A stretch of DNA of 64,000 nt from a virus: the IMG/VR virus record IMGVR_UViG_3300034374_007216, positions 18,799 through 82,798 of that record; one strand, 5' to 3'. The number at the start of each line of letters is the position of its first letter. Positions within the stretch are counted from its first letter, which is position 1. Under the pieces are notes generated by a model that had not been told where the DNA came from, searched no databases, and was given only the letters and a program-made list of their open reading frames with translations. The translations under genes were made by a program, and so were the position numbers. Positions 42,118 to 52,644 of the stretch are shown here, piece after piece.

Positions 42118-42870
42118 ATGACACATGTTTTAGTTGATAGGAAAAAGTTTCTTGACTTTTTATCTTGCTTCGGCAAGAGTGCTACAGATTTACGATTAGA
42201 TTGTACAACATCAAGAATTACGGGTGAAATAGCATTTGCTCAGTATTTCTTTAGGCGACAGTTTAACGGTGCTACAGTCAAAGAAGAAGGCACGCTACAC
42301 ATTGTTTTCTTAGAAAAGGTAATTGCTTTCTTGAAGGCGAGCAAACAACCAACAGTTGAATTTCGACAAGTAAGTGTAGCAAAGCCCATACACATTGAAA
42401 GTGGCGGCAACAAGATACAACTGCCAAGCAGTGATGACATCATATCAGCAAGCAAAGTGCCTGTTGTGAAAAGAATGCTCGACAAATCTTTGAAGAACAA
42501 TTGGACATCATTTGCAGAAGATGAACTTACAGTACACGCTTCTATAGAAACTAAGGATTTAATTTCTCTTTCTTCAATGAAGAGTTTGGTATCGGATAAT
42601 GCTGAATACAAACTTCGTGTTCATTGCGGTGAGAAAGAGTTTGGTATCATTGCAGGTAAAGCAATTAGTGGTCGAATATTTACCACTATTCCAACAAATG
42701 ATTGCGATGGCCCGAACACTACTATCTCATCGAACTTTGGTAAGTGGTTGCCTACTTGTTTCATGTATCTCGATGACGGTCATGCAAGAGTACACATGGG
42801 TCAAGATACCGTTGTCATCTTTGAACAAGATAATACTTTACTCATGATAATAAACGAAAGTGATTTTTGA
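42118..42870 (+). CDS. Putative PCNA-like sliding clamp
   Basis: 250 aa, two-domain pattern, directly upstream of PolB in an RFC operon. Confidence 0.5.
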   Translation: MTHVLVDRKKFLDFLSCFGKSATDLRLDCTTSRITGEIAFAQYFFRRQFNGATVKEEGTLHIVFLEKVIAFLKASKQPTVEFRQVSVAKPIHIESGGNKIQLPSSDDIISASKVPVVKRMLDKSLKNNWTSFAEDELTVHASIETKDLISLSSMKSLVSDNAEYKLRVHCGEKEFGIIAGKAISGRIFTTIPTNDCDGPNTTISSNFGKWLPTCFMYLDDGHARVHMGQDTVVIFEQDNTLLMIINESDF

Positions 42871-45266
42871 TGATTGTTGATTGGTTCTCGGAAGACCCGT
42901 ATGACCCGCCGACTATTTATGAGCGTACTCGTGATACTAACGGTAACTTACATGAAACATGGATTACCAGCGAAGATGAAGGATATGTTTATCCTTTCTG
43001 TTGGGTAAGGCAGAACGCTCCTACATGGGTACTGAATCGCCTTGTAAGAGCGAAAGCACGCATACAACACGACATAGTGGCGAAGGACATCAATGGATGC
43101 AAACTATGGCGAGTTGATACGAACCATCCAAATGCAGTGTGGGAAATCAAAGAGATGTGTGAGAAGTGGACTTGCGAAGCAGACCTTCCCTATCTTGACC
43201 AAATACTCATTCAAAGATACCCACATGGTATTCCAGAATTTGTACCTCGCAAGTGGTATTACGATATGGAATGGAAAACAGATGGTAAGGGGGAGATAAC
43301 AGTTATCGCTGTTGTTGATACCCATACAGATACACCTGTTGTATTTTCATGGAGTAAAGAATCCCAACAGAAGTTCTTGACTGATGACAAATACATTGAC
43401 AGGTATGGAGGCTACGAACTTCGGACTTATCCAAATGAAGATAGAATGCTCAAAGGATTCTTAGCACATCTCAAAGAATGCGACCCCGACATGCTCATTG
43501 CTCACGCAGGGGCGTGGGCTGACTTACCTAAATTGTATGAGCGTCTTGGTGATATGAGAAAGGACATGTCGCCGCTCGGTGTCTTTTTACCACCAAAGAA
43601 AAACGGTGAAGGTTACAAAAGTACAGCACAACCAATCAAAGGCAGACTCGTATTTGATACTGCGGCGATGTCATCCGAAGGCAGTGGCTTTGAGGGTGTA
43701 TGGCAGAAGTCGGGGCGGGGGCAAGCACAAGAGCGTAAGTTGAATTGGTTTGCTGTTGAATTAAACTTAGGACACAAACTTACCAATGAAATAGAAGGCA
43801 TGACTGTATTCAATGGTTGGGATGATTACTATGATGACTTCGTTGATTACTGTTTAGTTGATACTACTCTCCTTCGTGATATTGATGTAAAACTCAATTG
43901 TACCGATTTCCACTTAGCCTTGCAGAAGGTTGCAGGTGTTCAGTTCGCAAGCACTCACAATGTATCACGATACTTCCGTGGGTTGATTGCTCGCATTACT
44001 GATATGAAAGCACCGACGACATACAAAGAAACACGACCCGAACTACAGGCCGCATGGGTTATGCCACCAATTCCGGGCCGACATGAGAATGTAGCGTTAG
44101 TTGATTTTGCTTCGCTATATCCAAATATTATTTTATCAGCAAATCTTTGTTGGACTACGCTTACTGATAAGCCGGGTCCAAACACTCTCACTCTCGACAT
44201 TCCACCTAAGTTAGATGACAAAGGTAATCACATTCCGGGTACGGGTGGGGTGTTCCATTGGCGACAGGACATTGAAGGTATTCTTCCAAAGGCAGTGCGT
44301 CAATTACTCGCTTTGCGTAAATCATACAAGCAACGCATGAAAGACGCTACAGACCCCGACATCAAACTTGGTTATCACATGTTACAGATGGCGGTCAAGG
44401 TTGCGGTCAATGCTATCTATGGTATGGTGGGTATGAGTAAATTGCAGGGTGGATGGATAAGTTATCCTATCGCTCAATCAATTACTTATCTTGGTCGTAA
44501 GTCTATCACTATGCTTGTGGATAGAAGCGAAGAGATGGGTTATCGTGGTCTTGCAGGTCATACTGATTCTTGTTACATACAAGTTCCGTTTGATGAGGCT
44601 GAGGATGTAGCACAGAAACTTACAGATATTGCACAGAATGAAATGAATTTGAAATTCCTCGATGTTGAATTAGAAGCATTCTTCCCGTATTGGTTCACAG
44701 CCAATACTAAGAATCGTAACTTCGGCATCAAGTCCTACCCTCCCGAAGATGCGGGTGACATGAAGGTTACAGGTTATTCGTTGAAGGCATCGAATGCACC
44801 ACCGCTAACAAAAGAAATACTCATGAAAGTATTTACTATGATTTCAAACGGCGAAGAAGAGGATGCCATCTTTGATGAGGTTCGCCCTCACATCAAGCGT
44901 ACATACAATGGTGAGCGTGAAATTGATGAGGCGGCATCGTATGGTCGCATACAAAAACATCTTGATGATTATGATGTAGTAGTGCCTAATCCAGCGAAGG
45001 CGGCACGCTATTCAAACAGATACTTAGGTACGAATTACGGAAAGAATGAGAGTGTCAAATGGGTATTCATTGATGGTGTACCAAATGGTCAAGATGTATG
45101 TAATGTTATTGCTTACGACAAGGTGAAACAGTTGGAAGAATATTCTATAGATTGGTACACTGTGGTTGATAAGTGGATTAAGAAGAAATTAAAATCGGTG
45201 TATGAAGCACTCGATTGGGATTTAGAAAGACTCACAGCACTTCGTGCGGCGAGAAAATTATGGTGA
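42867..45266 (+). CDS. polB: Family B DNA polymerase
   Basis: ExoI DME; DFASLYPNI; KVAVNAIYG; GHTDS. Confidence 0.95.
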   Translation: MMIVDWFSEDPYDPPTIYERTRDTNGNLHETWITSEDEGYVYPFCWVRQNAPTWVLNRLVRAKARIQHDIVAKDINGCKLWRVDTNHPNAVWEIKEMCEKWTCEADLPYLDQILIQRYPHGIPEFVPRKWYYDMEWKTDGKGEITVIAVVDTHTDTPVVFSWSKESQQKFLTDDKYIDRYGGYELRTYPNEDRMLKGFLAHLKECDPDMLIAHAGAWADLPKLYERLGDMRKDMSPLGVFLPPKKNGEGYKSTAQPIKGRLVFDTAAMSSEGSGFEGVWQKSGRGQAQERKLNWFAVELNLGHKLTNEIEGMTVFNGWDDYYDDFVDYCLVDTTLLRDIDVKLNCTDFHLALQKVAGVQFASTHNVSRYFRGLIARITDMKAPTTYKETRPELQAAWVMPPIPGRHENVALVDFASLYPNIILSANLCWTTLTDKPGPNTLTLDIPPKLDDKGNHIPGTGGVFHWRQDIEGILPKAVRQLLALRKSYKQRMKDATDPDIKLGYHMLQMAVKVAVNAIYGMVGMSKLQGGWISYPIAQSITYLGRKSITMLVDRSEEMGYRGLAGHTDSCYIQVPFDEAEDVAQKLTDIAQNEMNLKFLDVELEAFFPYWFTANTKNRNFGIKSYPPEDAGDMKVTGYSLKASNAPPLTKEILMKVFTMISNGEEEDAIFDEVRPHIKRTYNGEREIDEAASYGRIQKHLDDYDVVVPNPAKAARYSNRYLGTNYGKNESVKWVFIDGVPNGQDVCNVIAYDKVKQLEEYSIDWYTVVDKWIKKKLKSVYEALDWDLERLTALRAARKLW

Positions 45267-45270
45267 TAAT

Positions 45271-46725
45271 ATGGCAAAGAGAATATTGAAAATGGAAAGT
45301 AATAACGAACTAATGGCTAACACAATGTCAAAAAGTGGATTCACTTTTTACACTGCGTTGAATGAATTGATTGATAATGCAATTGTATCAGCAAAAAACA
45401 TTTCAATCAATTTACTTGTTGAAAATTTTGGACAAAGAAGTATTAAGAAAATATCAGTCATTGATGACGGTTGCGGTATTTCTTTGGATGATGCAAGCAT
45501 TGCTTTGAGTGTAGGTGCAAGAACGAATCAAGGCATCAATGAACACGGAGTAGGTATGAAAAGTGCTATCGCTTATTTTGGAAATTCCGACATTCGTAGG
45601 GGATTAGATAAAATCAATTCATATGATGGAGTTGATTCGTATTGTATTTACGGATATGAAGGTAATGATTTGCTCATCGAAGATGATATGCCTATACCAG
45701 ATAATACAGGCACTAAGATTGTCATGAATATTGATTTGAATATTTATGCCGCACAAAGAGTTATTTCTCTAAGAGATTCATTGGGTGTAAGATATGGTCT
45801 TTTCATCAAAAATGGCGGCAGTATAGTAATCAACGAAGTGGATTTAAATGATGGTAAAATTATGAAAGACGCTAAAGGTAATCCTGTTACAACTAAAGTG
45901 AATGCAATTTTTCCACCTTACTTCCATCCAACAACTTTGACGAATGTTCATTTGATGAAGAAAGAAATCACAACAACAGACATCGTGGCAGAACTAACAA
46001 TTGGTATGAGTCCAGATGACCATGAAGGTGTGTGGGCTAAACAAAGTTATGGTGGGGGAATAGATGTTGTACAAAATGAAAGAGTGATTATGCACCGTTC
46101 ATATGAACCACTTACTACATGGCGAGCCAAAAATCACACATCATTGAATAGTCTTGTCGGTCAATTGGTCATTAAGGAAGGACATTTACCTACAACGCCG
46201 AAAAAAGACGGTGTACAACAAACAGATACTTGGGCTGAACTCAAGAAAGAAATAGCAGAAACAATAAAAGAAAACAAAATTAGTTCATTTTTTAATCCTC
46301 CCGAAGATGGTGATAATTATGATAGCGTAAGTGAATCTTTAATTCGTGATGCTTTGGCTGATTATTTGAAAGCCCAAACACTACCTACAGGGGAATCAAT
46401 ATGGGCAGATGTGAAGACAGAAGAATCAACAGATACGAACTTAAGTATGGATGCTACTGCTATGAGTGGTGATACATTTTATGTTTTTGAAGTTAAGAAA
46501 GGGAACTTCAATGCTCAAGACATGAATCAACTTGTTGGTTACATGGTTACAGTTGGTGCTACACACGGTGTAGTTTTCGCTAAGAATGTTCTCGCTAACG
46601 CTAAAAAGCAATTTGATGAACATTGGAAACCACTACTTAGTGATTTTAACATACAGTATTGGGATGAAAAATCAGTACAACACAAAACTGTTTTAACAAC
46701 TTATTTGAACATAGACGGTGAATAA
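45271..46725 (+). CDS. GHKL (MORC/Hsp90-like) ATPase fused to PD-(D/E)XK nuclease
   Basis: ELIDNA, DDGCG, HGVGMK, GT; C-terminal D...EVK...QLVGYM. Confidence 0.75.
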   Translation: MAKRILKMESNNELMANTMSKSGFTFYTALNELIDNAIVSAKNISINLLVENFGQRSIKKISVIDDGCGISLDDASIALSVGARTNQGINEHGVGMKSAIAYFGNSDIRRGLDKINSYDGVDSYCIYGYEGNDLLIEDDMPIPDNTGTKIVMNIDLNIYAAQRVISLRDSLGVRYGLFIKNGGSIVINEVDLNDGKIMKDAKGNPVTTKVNAIFPPYFHPTTLTNVHLMKKEITTTDIVAELTIGMSPDDHEGVWAKQSYGGGIDVVQNERVIMHRSYEPLTTWRAKNHTSLNSLVGQLVIKEGHLPTTPKKDGVQQTDTWAELKKEIAETIKENKISSFFNPPEDGDNYDSVSESLIRDALADYLKAQTLPTGESIWADVKTEESTDTNLSMDATAMSGDTFYVFEVKKGNFNAQDMNQLVGYMVTVGATHGVVFAKNVLANAKKQFDEHWKPLLSDFNIQYWDEKSVQHKTVLTTYLNIDGE

Positions 46726-47161
46726 AATGAGTGGATTAGTAAAAGAATGTAAGCGGTGTAAGAAACCGTTCATGACTTGGAGTATCAAGGTGAGCGATGC
46801 TGTTGAATTCTGTGATACATGCAGAAATATTAGAAGAGAAGAAACGATGACGAAGAAGAAAACTGACAGATTTCACAACGACATTATTGCTATCGAAGAT
46901 AGAATGAAATCTATAGAACAGCATACTGAAGACATGATGAATAACATGTCAAGTGTCGTTAATGCTGAAATTCTTAATCTTACGCAAGATAGATTAGAAG
47001 TCATTACACAACAAATCCTCAATGATTTTAAACAGGAGGTAAATAAAATGTTAAAGAAGTTTGAAAAGAAAATGCAGAAGCAAAATACAATTATGCACAC
47101 GAGAATGAAGGACATGGAGAAAGTTTTAGGGGAATACTTAGGGGCTGAATTTGATGAGTAA
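46718..47161 (+). CDS. Zinc-finger coiled-coil protein
   Basis: CKRC...CDTC and a helical tail. Confidence 0.55.
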   Translation: MNKMSGLVKECKRCKKPFMTWSIKVSDAVEFCDTCRNIRREETMTKKKTDRFHNDIIAIEDRMKSIEQHTEDMMNNMSSVVNAEILNLTQDRLEVITQQILNDFKQEVNKMLKKFEKKMQKQNTIMHTRMKDMEKVLGEYLGAEFDE

Positions 47162-47336
47162 GATAGAAGATAAAGTATGCGAGAAGATACAGCAACGGGC
47201 TGAGATTGGTAAGACCAAGTACGGAGTAACGATGGAAGAGGAAGTCCTATCTATCCGTGAGTGGTTGAACCATCTCCAGCAAGAACTGATGGATGCATCA
47301 GTCTATGTTGAGAAGTTATTGGAGTTGGTCGAATGA
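47151..47336 (+). CDS. Small phage protein, MazG-like helical family
   Basis: R..IG.TKYG.T...WL.HLQQELMDA.VY pattern. Confidence 0.5.
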   Translation: MMSKIEDKVCEKIQQRAEIGKTKYGVTMEEEVLSIREWLNHLQQELMDASVYVEKLLELVE

Positions 47337-47699
47337 AAAACCAATTAAGTAAATTGCCGCCACATGAAGGTTTAGGAGATATTGTATTACAAGATGCAGA
47401 CGAAAATGGTGATATTCCGTTTTATAGACCGTGTTTGTATCGTTGGAGTAAAAAAGAAATGGCAAAATACGAGGCTGAAAATGATAGAAGTTATTTTGGT
47501 TGGTGTGTTTATGGTGCTAATCCTGTTTATGGAGTATCAGCATGGATAGTGAAGGAGGAGAGTGAATGAGCGGAAGATGTATGGGTTTTCCAAAAAATTC
47601 TTGTCGTGCGTACAGCGACTATGCTGATGCAAAAATGAAAGGTTGGATGTGTAAAAAGTGCAAAGAAAAAAGACTCTCTAAATGGCAAGGTGAAAATGT

Positions 47700-48149
47700 T
47701 TGAAGGTGTGTGAAATGAGTTATAGGCAAAAAGACAAAAATGGCAAACCTAAACCCGACAAAGAAGTAATTGCTAAACATTGGCTATTACCTTTAAATGA
47801 ATGTTGGGCTTGCGGTGTCGAAGACCCTGTTGAATTACATAGAGCACATATTTTCCCTTTACAATCGGGTGGAACAAATGATTGTGGTAATTTTCATCTA
47901 TTATGTTATGTATGTCATTATGAAAGTGAGCATTTGATTGAACAAGCATATGAACAATGGTTTTGGTTAAAAAGTAATATGTATCATAAAGGTAAGTTAC
48001 AATCTAATAATTTATTTGGTTGGAATTTTTTGAAAGAGGATGAAGATACGCATTATTCTAATTTACAAGCATTAGATGATTTGATTTATTTTTCCAAAAA
48101 GAATGTGGGATTTTGTTTAGAATGGAAGCGAGTGAATGAAGGCGTGTGA
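47700..48149 (+). CDS. HNH endonuclease
   Basis: CWACG...AHIFP..SGG.N...N..LLC..CH. Confidence 0.75.
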   Translation: MKVCEMSYRQKDKNGKPKPDKEVIAKHWLLPLNECWACGVEDPVELHRAHIFPLQSGGTNDCGNFHLLCYVCHYESEHLIEQAYEQWFWLKSNMYHKGKLQSNNLFGWNFLKEDEDTHYSNLQALDDLIYFSKKNVGFCLEWKRVNEGV

Positions 48150-48360
48150 ACTGTGTGGTAAAGAGGGTGGCGGTGTTCGCCATGCAAAGCATACTGCTTG
48201 CTTTTCATGTATTGATAAGATGCTTGAGTTTTGCATTACTGCGGGAATGAGGTTTGACAATGAGTGAATGTAACTTCTGCGAAGCAGACCACAATTGTTC
48301 GGTTTGTAAGAACTGCTCTATGCATTGCGATTGCGACGGTTAAGATGGTGAGGTGAACAC

Positions 48361-49284
48361 ATGGTAAAAATTAAGAATGCATTGGGGCTGTTTGATGGTA
48401 TTAGTTGTGGGCAAGTTGCTTTGCAACGGGCAGGTGTTACTTACGATACTTACTATGCGTCGGAGATTGTTGAAAATTCAATCAAAATTACTCAAAAGAA
48501 TTTTCCAAACACCGTTCAATTAGGCGACATCGCCAAATGGAGAGAATGGAACTTAGAAAATGTGGATTTGATTATAGGAGGCTCGCCGTGTCAAGGCTTT
48601 TCTGCCGCCGGAAACAAACTCAATTTTAATGACCCACGAAGTAAGTTGTTCTTTGATTTCGTGGATGTCTTGGAACATCACAAGCCGAAGTATTTTTTAT
48701 TGGAGAATGTTAAAATGAAGGGAGAGTGGCGTGACATTATTACTGAATACTTAGGCGTAAAACCTATTCTCATCAATTCCAATTTAGTGTCAGCACAAAA
48801 TAGACCGAGATATTATTGGACAAATATACCAAACATCCAACAACCACAAGACAAGGGTATTTTCCTCAAAGATATAATCGAAGATAATGTTGATGAAAAA
48901 TACTATCTTAGTCAAAAAAACAAAAACTTCCGAAGCGTCGCTACACCATTTGCTCTTACGGAAAGAAGAACCGAAGAAGCCAAAAAAATTAGGAGAGAAT
49001 ATCAACATAAATATGGAAGAGATTTTTCTCCAAGAAGAGGCAAGGAGTTGGTCGCAAGAAATGATGGGAAGATGAACTGTTTAACAAAAACCTATTCTCT
49101 CAAAGAACATACTCTTTTTGATAATCAAAACATTTACAGAAAATTAACTCCCGTTGAATGCGAAAGATTACAGACATTACCTAACGGTTATACTGCGGGT
49201 TTTAGCGATTCACAACGATACAAGGTGTTAGGCGACGGTTGGACAGTTGATGTAATCGCTCATATTTTTAGAAACATTCGGTGA
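48361..49284 (+). CDS. C5 DNA cytosine methyltransferase
   Basis: LFDGISCG, GGSPCQGFS, LENV, QNRPR, ERLQTLP. Confidence 0.92.
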   Translation: MVKIKNALGLFDGISCGQVALQRAGVTYDTYYASEIVENSIKITQKNFPNTVQLGDIAKWREWNLENVDLIIGGSPCQGFSAAGNKLNFNDPRSKLFFDFVDVLEHHKPKYFLLENVKMKGEWRDIITEYLGVKPILINSNLVSAQNRPRYYWTNIPNIQQPQDKGIFLKDIIEDNVDEKYYLSQKNKNFRSVATPFALTERRTEEAKKIRREYQHKYGRDFSPRRGKELVARNDGKMNCLTKTYSLKEHTLFDNQNIYRKLTPVECERLQTLPNGYTAGFSDSQRYKVLGDGWTVDVIAHIFRNIR

Positions 49285-50306
49285 AAAACATGAGATACAA
49301 TCCTAAAGATGATGATAGTCGTCAAACCATAGACGAGTACGGAGAAGAAACAGGTCATTGGGAAGAGGTTGAATCCTACAAGAACAGCACTTACGCTTGG
49401 AATCCTTTAGAGGATGCGACCAAGATACTCCGTGTAACGAAGTCAAGCCTTGGTACATTTGCATGGTGTCCTCAGCAATACTACCTTGAGAAGTTCAAGG
49501 GGCTACGGAGTGAACAAAGATACTACCATGATAGAGGTTTGAATGTTCACGACATGGTGGAATACTTTTGGGCGAACTTCGATAAGACCGACGAGGCTCT
49601 AAAGTTAATTGCTGATGAAAGATATGATGAGGCCAAGCAACTTCTCTATGATACTATTCCCATGCCTACTACACCCTATTCTTATGGGGAAGAAGACCAA
49701 ATCGAACAATGGTTGGATTGGCAGTTTGAACGGCTGATTCAAACAAACGGCAAGTATTGGAAGCCAGCGAAGGTTGAAGCAAATATCCAAGCAACGAGGT
49801 TTGTTATGATTGATAACACACCTGTTCCTATTCACATGAATGGTTACATAGATACCATTTTTAGACACGATGACGATAGTTATGCACTTATGGAATTGAA
49901 AACAGGTAAGTGGAAAAAGAATAAGATGAGCAACATGCGGCAAGAAATGGGTTTCTATCGCATGATGTTAGAGAACAGTAACCACCACGAATTCCTACCT
50001 ATCACCCATTGGGGTTGGGAATTTCCGGGTGGTAACATAGAGGGCGGTGAAAACACGAAAATTCACTACGAAAAAGCAAATTCTTCCACGATGAAATCAG
50101 TGGAGAAAAATTTAGAAAGACTCGTTAAGGCACATATAGATATGGACTTTGCACCTAATCCTTGGTTGGGTAAATCGAAGCCCGAAGTTCCACTTGAAGA
50201 ACAAACTCTCAAGTGTAATTGGTGCGACTACAAAGCGGATTGTTCGTTTTGGAGTTTGACCGATGAGTTCCTTGACGAAATAATGGAGGATGAAAAGAAT
50301 GAATGA
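49281..50306 (+). CDS. Cas4/AddB-like PD-(D/E)XK exonuclease
   Basis: WCP, GYID...ELKTG, C-terminal CNWC...C. Confidence 0.8.
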   Translation: MKNMRYNPKDDDSRQTIDEYGEETGHWEEVESYKNSTYAWNPLEDATKILRVTKSSLGTFAWCPQQYYLEKFKGLRSEQRYYHDRGLNVHDMVEYFWANFDKTDEALKLIADERYDEAKQLLYDTIPMPTTPYSYGEEDQIEQWLDWQFERLIQTNGKYWKPAKVEANIQATRFVMIDNTPVPIHMNGYIDTIFRHDDDSYALMELKTGKWKKNKMSNMRQEMGFYRMMLENSNHHEFLPITHWGWEFPGGNIEGGENTKIHYEKANSSTMKSVEKNLERLVKAHIDMDFAPNPWLGKSKPEVPLEEQTLKCNWCDYKADCSFWSLTDEFLDEIMEDEKNE

Positions 50307-50604
50307 AGTAATAACATTGTTGGAATATGTATTGAATGAACAGATAGCAAACGGCTCTTGTGTAGTGCGTTTGTACAAAGGTAAGGGTGGCAACTTGGAA
50401 AACCGAAGTGCCTTCCTTAGAAAATCATATCGTCAAACCACTTTAGATGAGTTTGTTGATATTGATTTTGGTAGCGTGGCTATAGCACAACCGCACTATC
50501 TCCACTACACAATACATCCAAGAGAATTGTTCAATGAGAACATTCTCAGTTTATACCACAAACTGAAAGACGATATTGCTGACTATCTTATTAGAAGCCG
50601 GTGA
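50290..50604 (+). CDS. Small protein with PIP-box-like RQTTLDEF
   Basis: Motif at 50431-50454. Confidence 0.55.
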   Translation: MKRMNEVITLLEYVLNEQIANGSCVVRLYKGKGGNLENRSAFLRKSYRQTTLDEFVDIDFGSVAIAQPHYLHYTIHPRELFNENILSLYHKLKDDIADYLIRSR

Positions 50605-50608
50605 TTGA

Positions 50609-51694
50609 GTGGCTTTCATTCCAATAGACTTCCCAAGGGAAGTCCTTGAATTGCCGAGCGATGGAATGAAAGGTTGGCGGCGAATGGTAAAAAACGCTGA
50701 TGAATTAGAATCGTATTGGCGTGGTAAAAATGGTTCGGGCAATGTGTATTTCACAGCCTACGGCTATACTGATACCACAGCACCTAAACATCACAGGGTT
50801 GATTACAACACTCCGTTGATACATCACTTTGTAATGGACTTCGATTGTAAGGATTTCAAAAACAAGGGTGCAGATGTACCGTTTGAAGTACCACAAGAAG
50901 AAGTGCGACGACTCCATAATTATTTACTCAGTAAAGAAATATTACACTTTGTTTGGTTTTCGGGTGGGGGCTTTCACATTTGGATTCCTCTTGCTGAATC
51001 ACTACAACCAAAATCGGGCAGTGAAGTATCTCAAATCAAATATTCTGGAAGGGTTCTCATTAATACATGGGAGAAAGAAATCGGTACATTACGATGTAAT
51101 GACCCTACTGTAGCGTTTGATACATCGGGTATGATACGCATACCCAATTCTTACAATGCGAAGCGTGGCTGTTGGAGTATTCCTCTATCCTCCGAAGAAT
51201 TACTCACACTTAGCCATGATGATTTGATGAATCTTGCTCAAGAATCGAGGCGGGGGTATTACCCTCTCGGTCAAAATAAATTAACGATGAAAATAATTGT
51301 TAATAAGATAGCACAGCAACACAACGGTAAGGCTGTTGATTTACCTACAGTATTGTTTGATGATGTGCATATACTGCCTTGCTTATCACAGGCGGCGATG
51401 GGTGGAGGCAATCCTATCCATCGTGCGAGATACCACTTTGTTTCTTATTTAGCGGATAGGTTTCGTATGTTTTTCCCTGCTTGGAAGGTCGCTGATGATG
51501 AAAAAGAAAAGCACATAGTTGATATTGTGTCAATCTGTGAACAACAGCAATGGGTGGATTTTAATAGAGAAATTACTGAGGGGCAAGTACGAAGCATTGT
51601 CATGACAGGTTACTCCCATGCGACCTGTGGCACGCTTTACTCCGAAGGATTTTGTGTAGGTAAATGTAAGTATTACGATAAAACAGGTGAATAA
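50609..51694 (+). CDS. Archaeo-eukaryotic primase, PriS fused to a PriL-like Fe-S domain
   Basis: DFD, FSGGGFH, RIPNSYN; C-terminal PC...C...C...C. Confidence 0.85.
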   Translation: MAFIPIDFPREVLELPSDGMKGWRRMVKNADELESYWRGKNGSGNVYFTAYGYTDTTAPKHHRVDYNTPLIHHFVMDFDCKDFKNKGADVPFEVPQEEVRRLHNYLLSKEILHFVWFSGGGFHIWIPLAESLQPKSGSEVSQIKYSGRVLINTWEKEIGTLRCNDPTVAFDTSGMIRIPNSYNAKRGCWSIPLSSEELLTLSHDDLMNLAQESRRGYYPLGQNKLTMKIIVNKIAQQHNGKAVDLPTVLFDDVHILPCLSQAAMGGGNPIHRARYHFVSYLADRFRMFFPAWKVADDEKEKHIVDIVSICEQQQWVDFNREITEGQVRSIVMTGYSHATCGTLYSEGFCVGKCKYYDKTGE

Positions 51695-51944
51695 TATGGC
51701 AGAAAAGAAATTGAAAGATAAAGTAATTGAAGCGTTAGAAGGTGCAGAATTAACTTCAAGAGAAATTCTTGATAAGATAAACAAGAAATACAAAAGAGGA
51801 GCAACGATGCATGAAGTTACAAATATGCTTCGTGCTTCCGAATTTGAAAAACTTGAAAGAACTGTAAAAATAAGTTATGGTTTAGGACAAACTCATGTAA
51901 TGCCTTATTGGAGGTTAAAGGATGAAGCCGCATTTAATAATTGA
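51687..51944 (+). CDS. Winged-helix DNA-binding protein
   Basis: LTSREIL...EVTNML...YWRL. Confidence 0.55.
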   Translation: MNNMAEKKLKDKVIEALEGAELTSREILDKINKKYKRGATMHEVTNMLRASEFEKLERTVKISYGLGQTHVMPYWRLKDEAAFNN

Positions 51945-52617
51945 TACGAATGAAAGAGGATTGCTATGCGAATCTATTGAGCGTAAAGCGAACAATGCTG
52001 GTCTTACAGTTGTTCGACAAAATTTGTTAGTGGGTGATTACTTACTTGGAGGGGCTTGCGTTGAGGCTAAGAGTATTCCCGACTTATTCCAATCAAGTTA
52101 CAGTGGTCATCTGTGGAGGCAACTTGAAAATATGGATATGAATTATGAAAGATTCTTCCTTGTAGTACACGGTTCTATAGAAAAGCATGTGGCACAAATG
52201 AAACAAAATGGTAAAGTTGTTAGTTATTCAAAGATACAAAGTGAATTGTTAGGTACGCTTGCTCGATTGATGTCGGATTTTGAATGCCAAGTATTTTTTT
52301 CACCATCAACAAGTGATGCGGCATCTTTTATTGTAAAACTACATGACAAACTCCACAAACCCGCAAGTAAGCATGGAGCACAATCTTTGAGGCGTGTAGC
52401 ATCAAATGACTTGCGAGTTGATATGATAGCAACAATTCCGGGTATCGGGCATGAAACTGCCGAGAAGATGCTTGAGAAATGCGGAAGCATAGAAGAGATG
52501 TGCTTTGCTGAATCGTTAAAACAAATTAAAGGATTAGGAGATAAAAGAAGGAAGTTAATAGTTGATATATTGACGAGCGAAGAACCTGTTCGACAAGAAC
52601 GGAAAATCAATCGTTAA
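51922..52617 (+). CDS. ERCC4/XPF (Hef-like) nuclease with HhH motifs
   Basis: DTNE, GDY...VEAK; IPGIG and IKGLG. Confidence 0.85.
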   Translation: MKPHLIIDTNERGLLCESIERKANNAGLTVVRQNLLVGDYLLGGACVEAKSIPDLFQSSYSGHLWRQLENMDMNYERFFLVVHGSIEKHVAQMKQNGKVVSYSKIQSELLGTLARLMSDFECQVFFSPSTSDAASFIVKLHDKLHKPASKHGAQSLRRVASNDLRVDMIATIPGIGHETAEKMLEKCGSIEEMCFAESLKQIKGLGDKRRKLIVDILTSEEPVRQERKINR

Positions 52618-52637
52618 TATTTAAACTGACTAAGAAA
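52616..52637 (+). promoter_or_regulatory. Conserved promoter motif copy 9
   Basis: AATATTTAAACTGACTAAGAAA, then GGAG-ATG. Confidence 0.7.
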
Positions 52638-52644
52638 AAAGGAG

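Noticed and set aside
49281-50306. Cas4-like gene as sign of a CRISPR-Cas system
   Set aside because: No cas1/cas2 and no repeat-spacer array; solo Cas4-like nucleases are common in archaeal virus replication modules.
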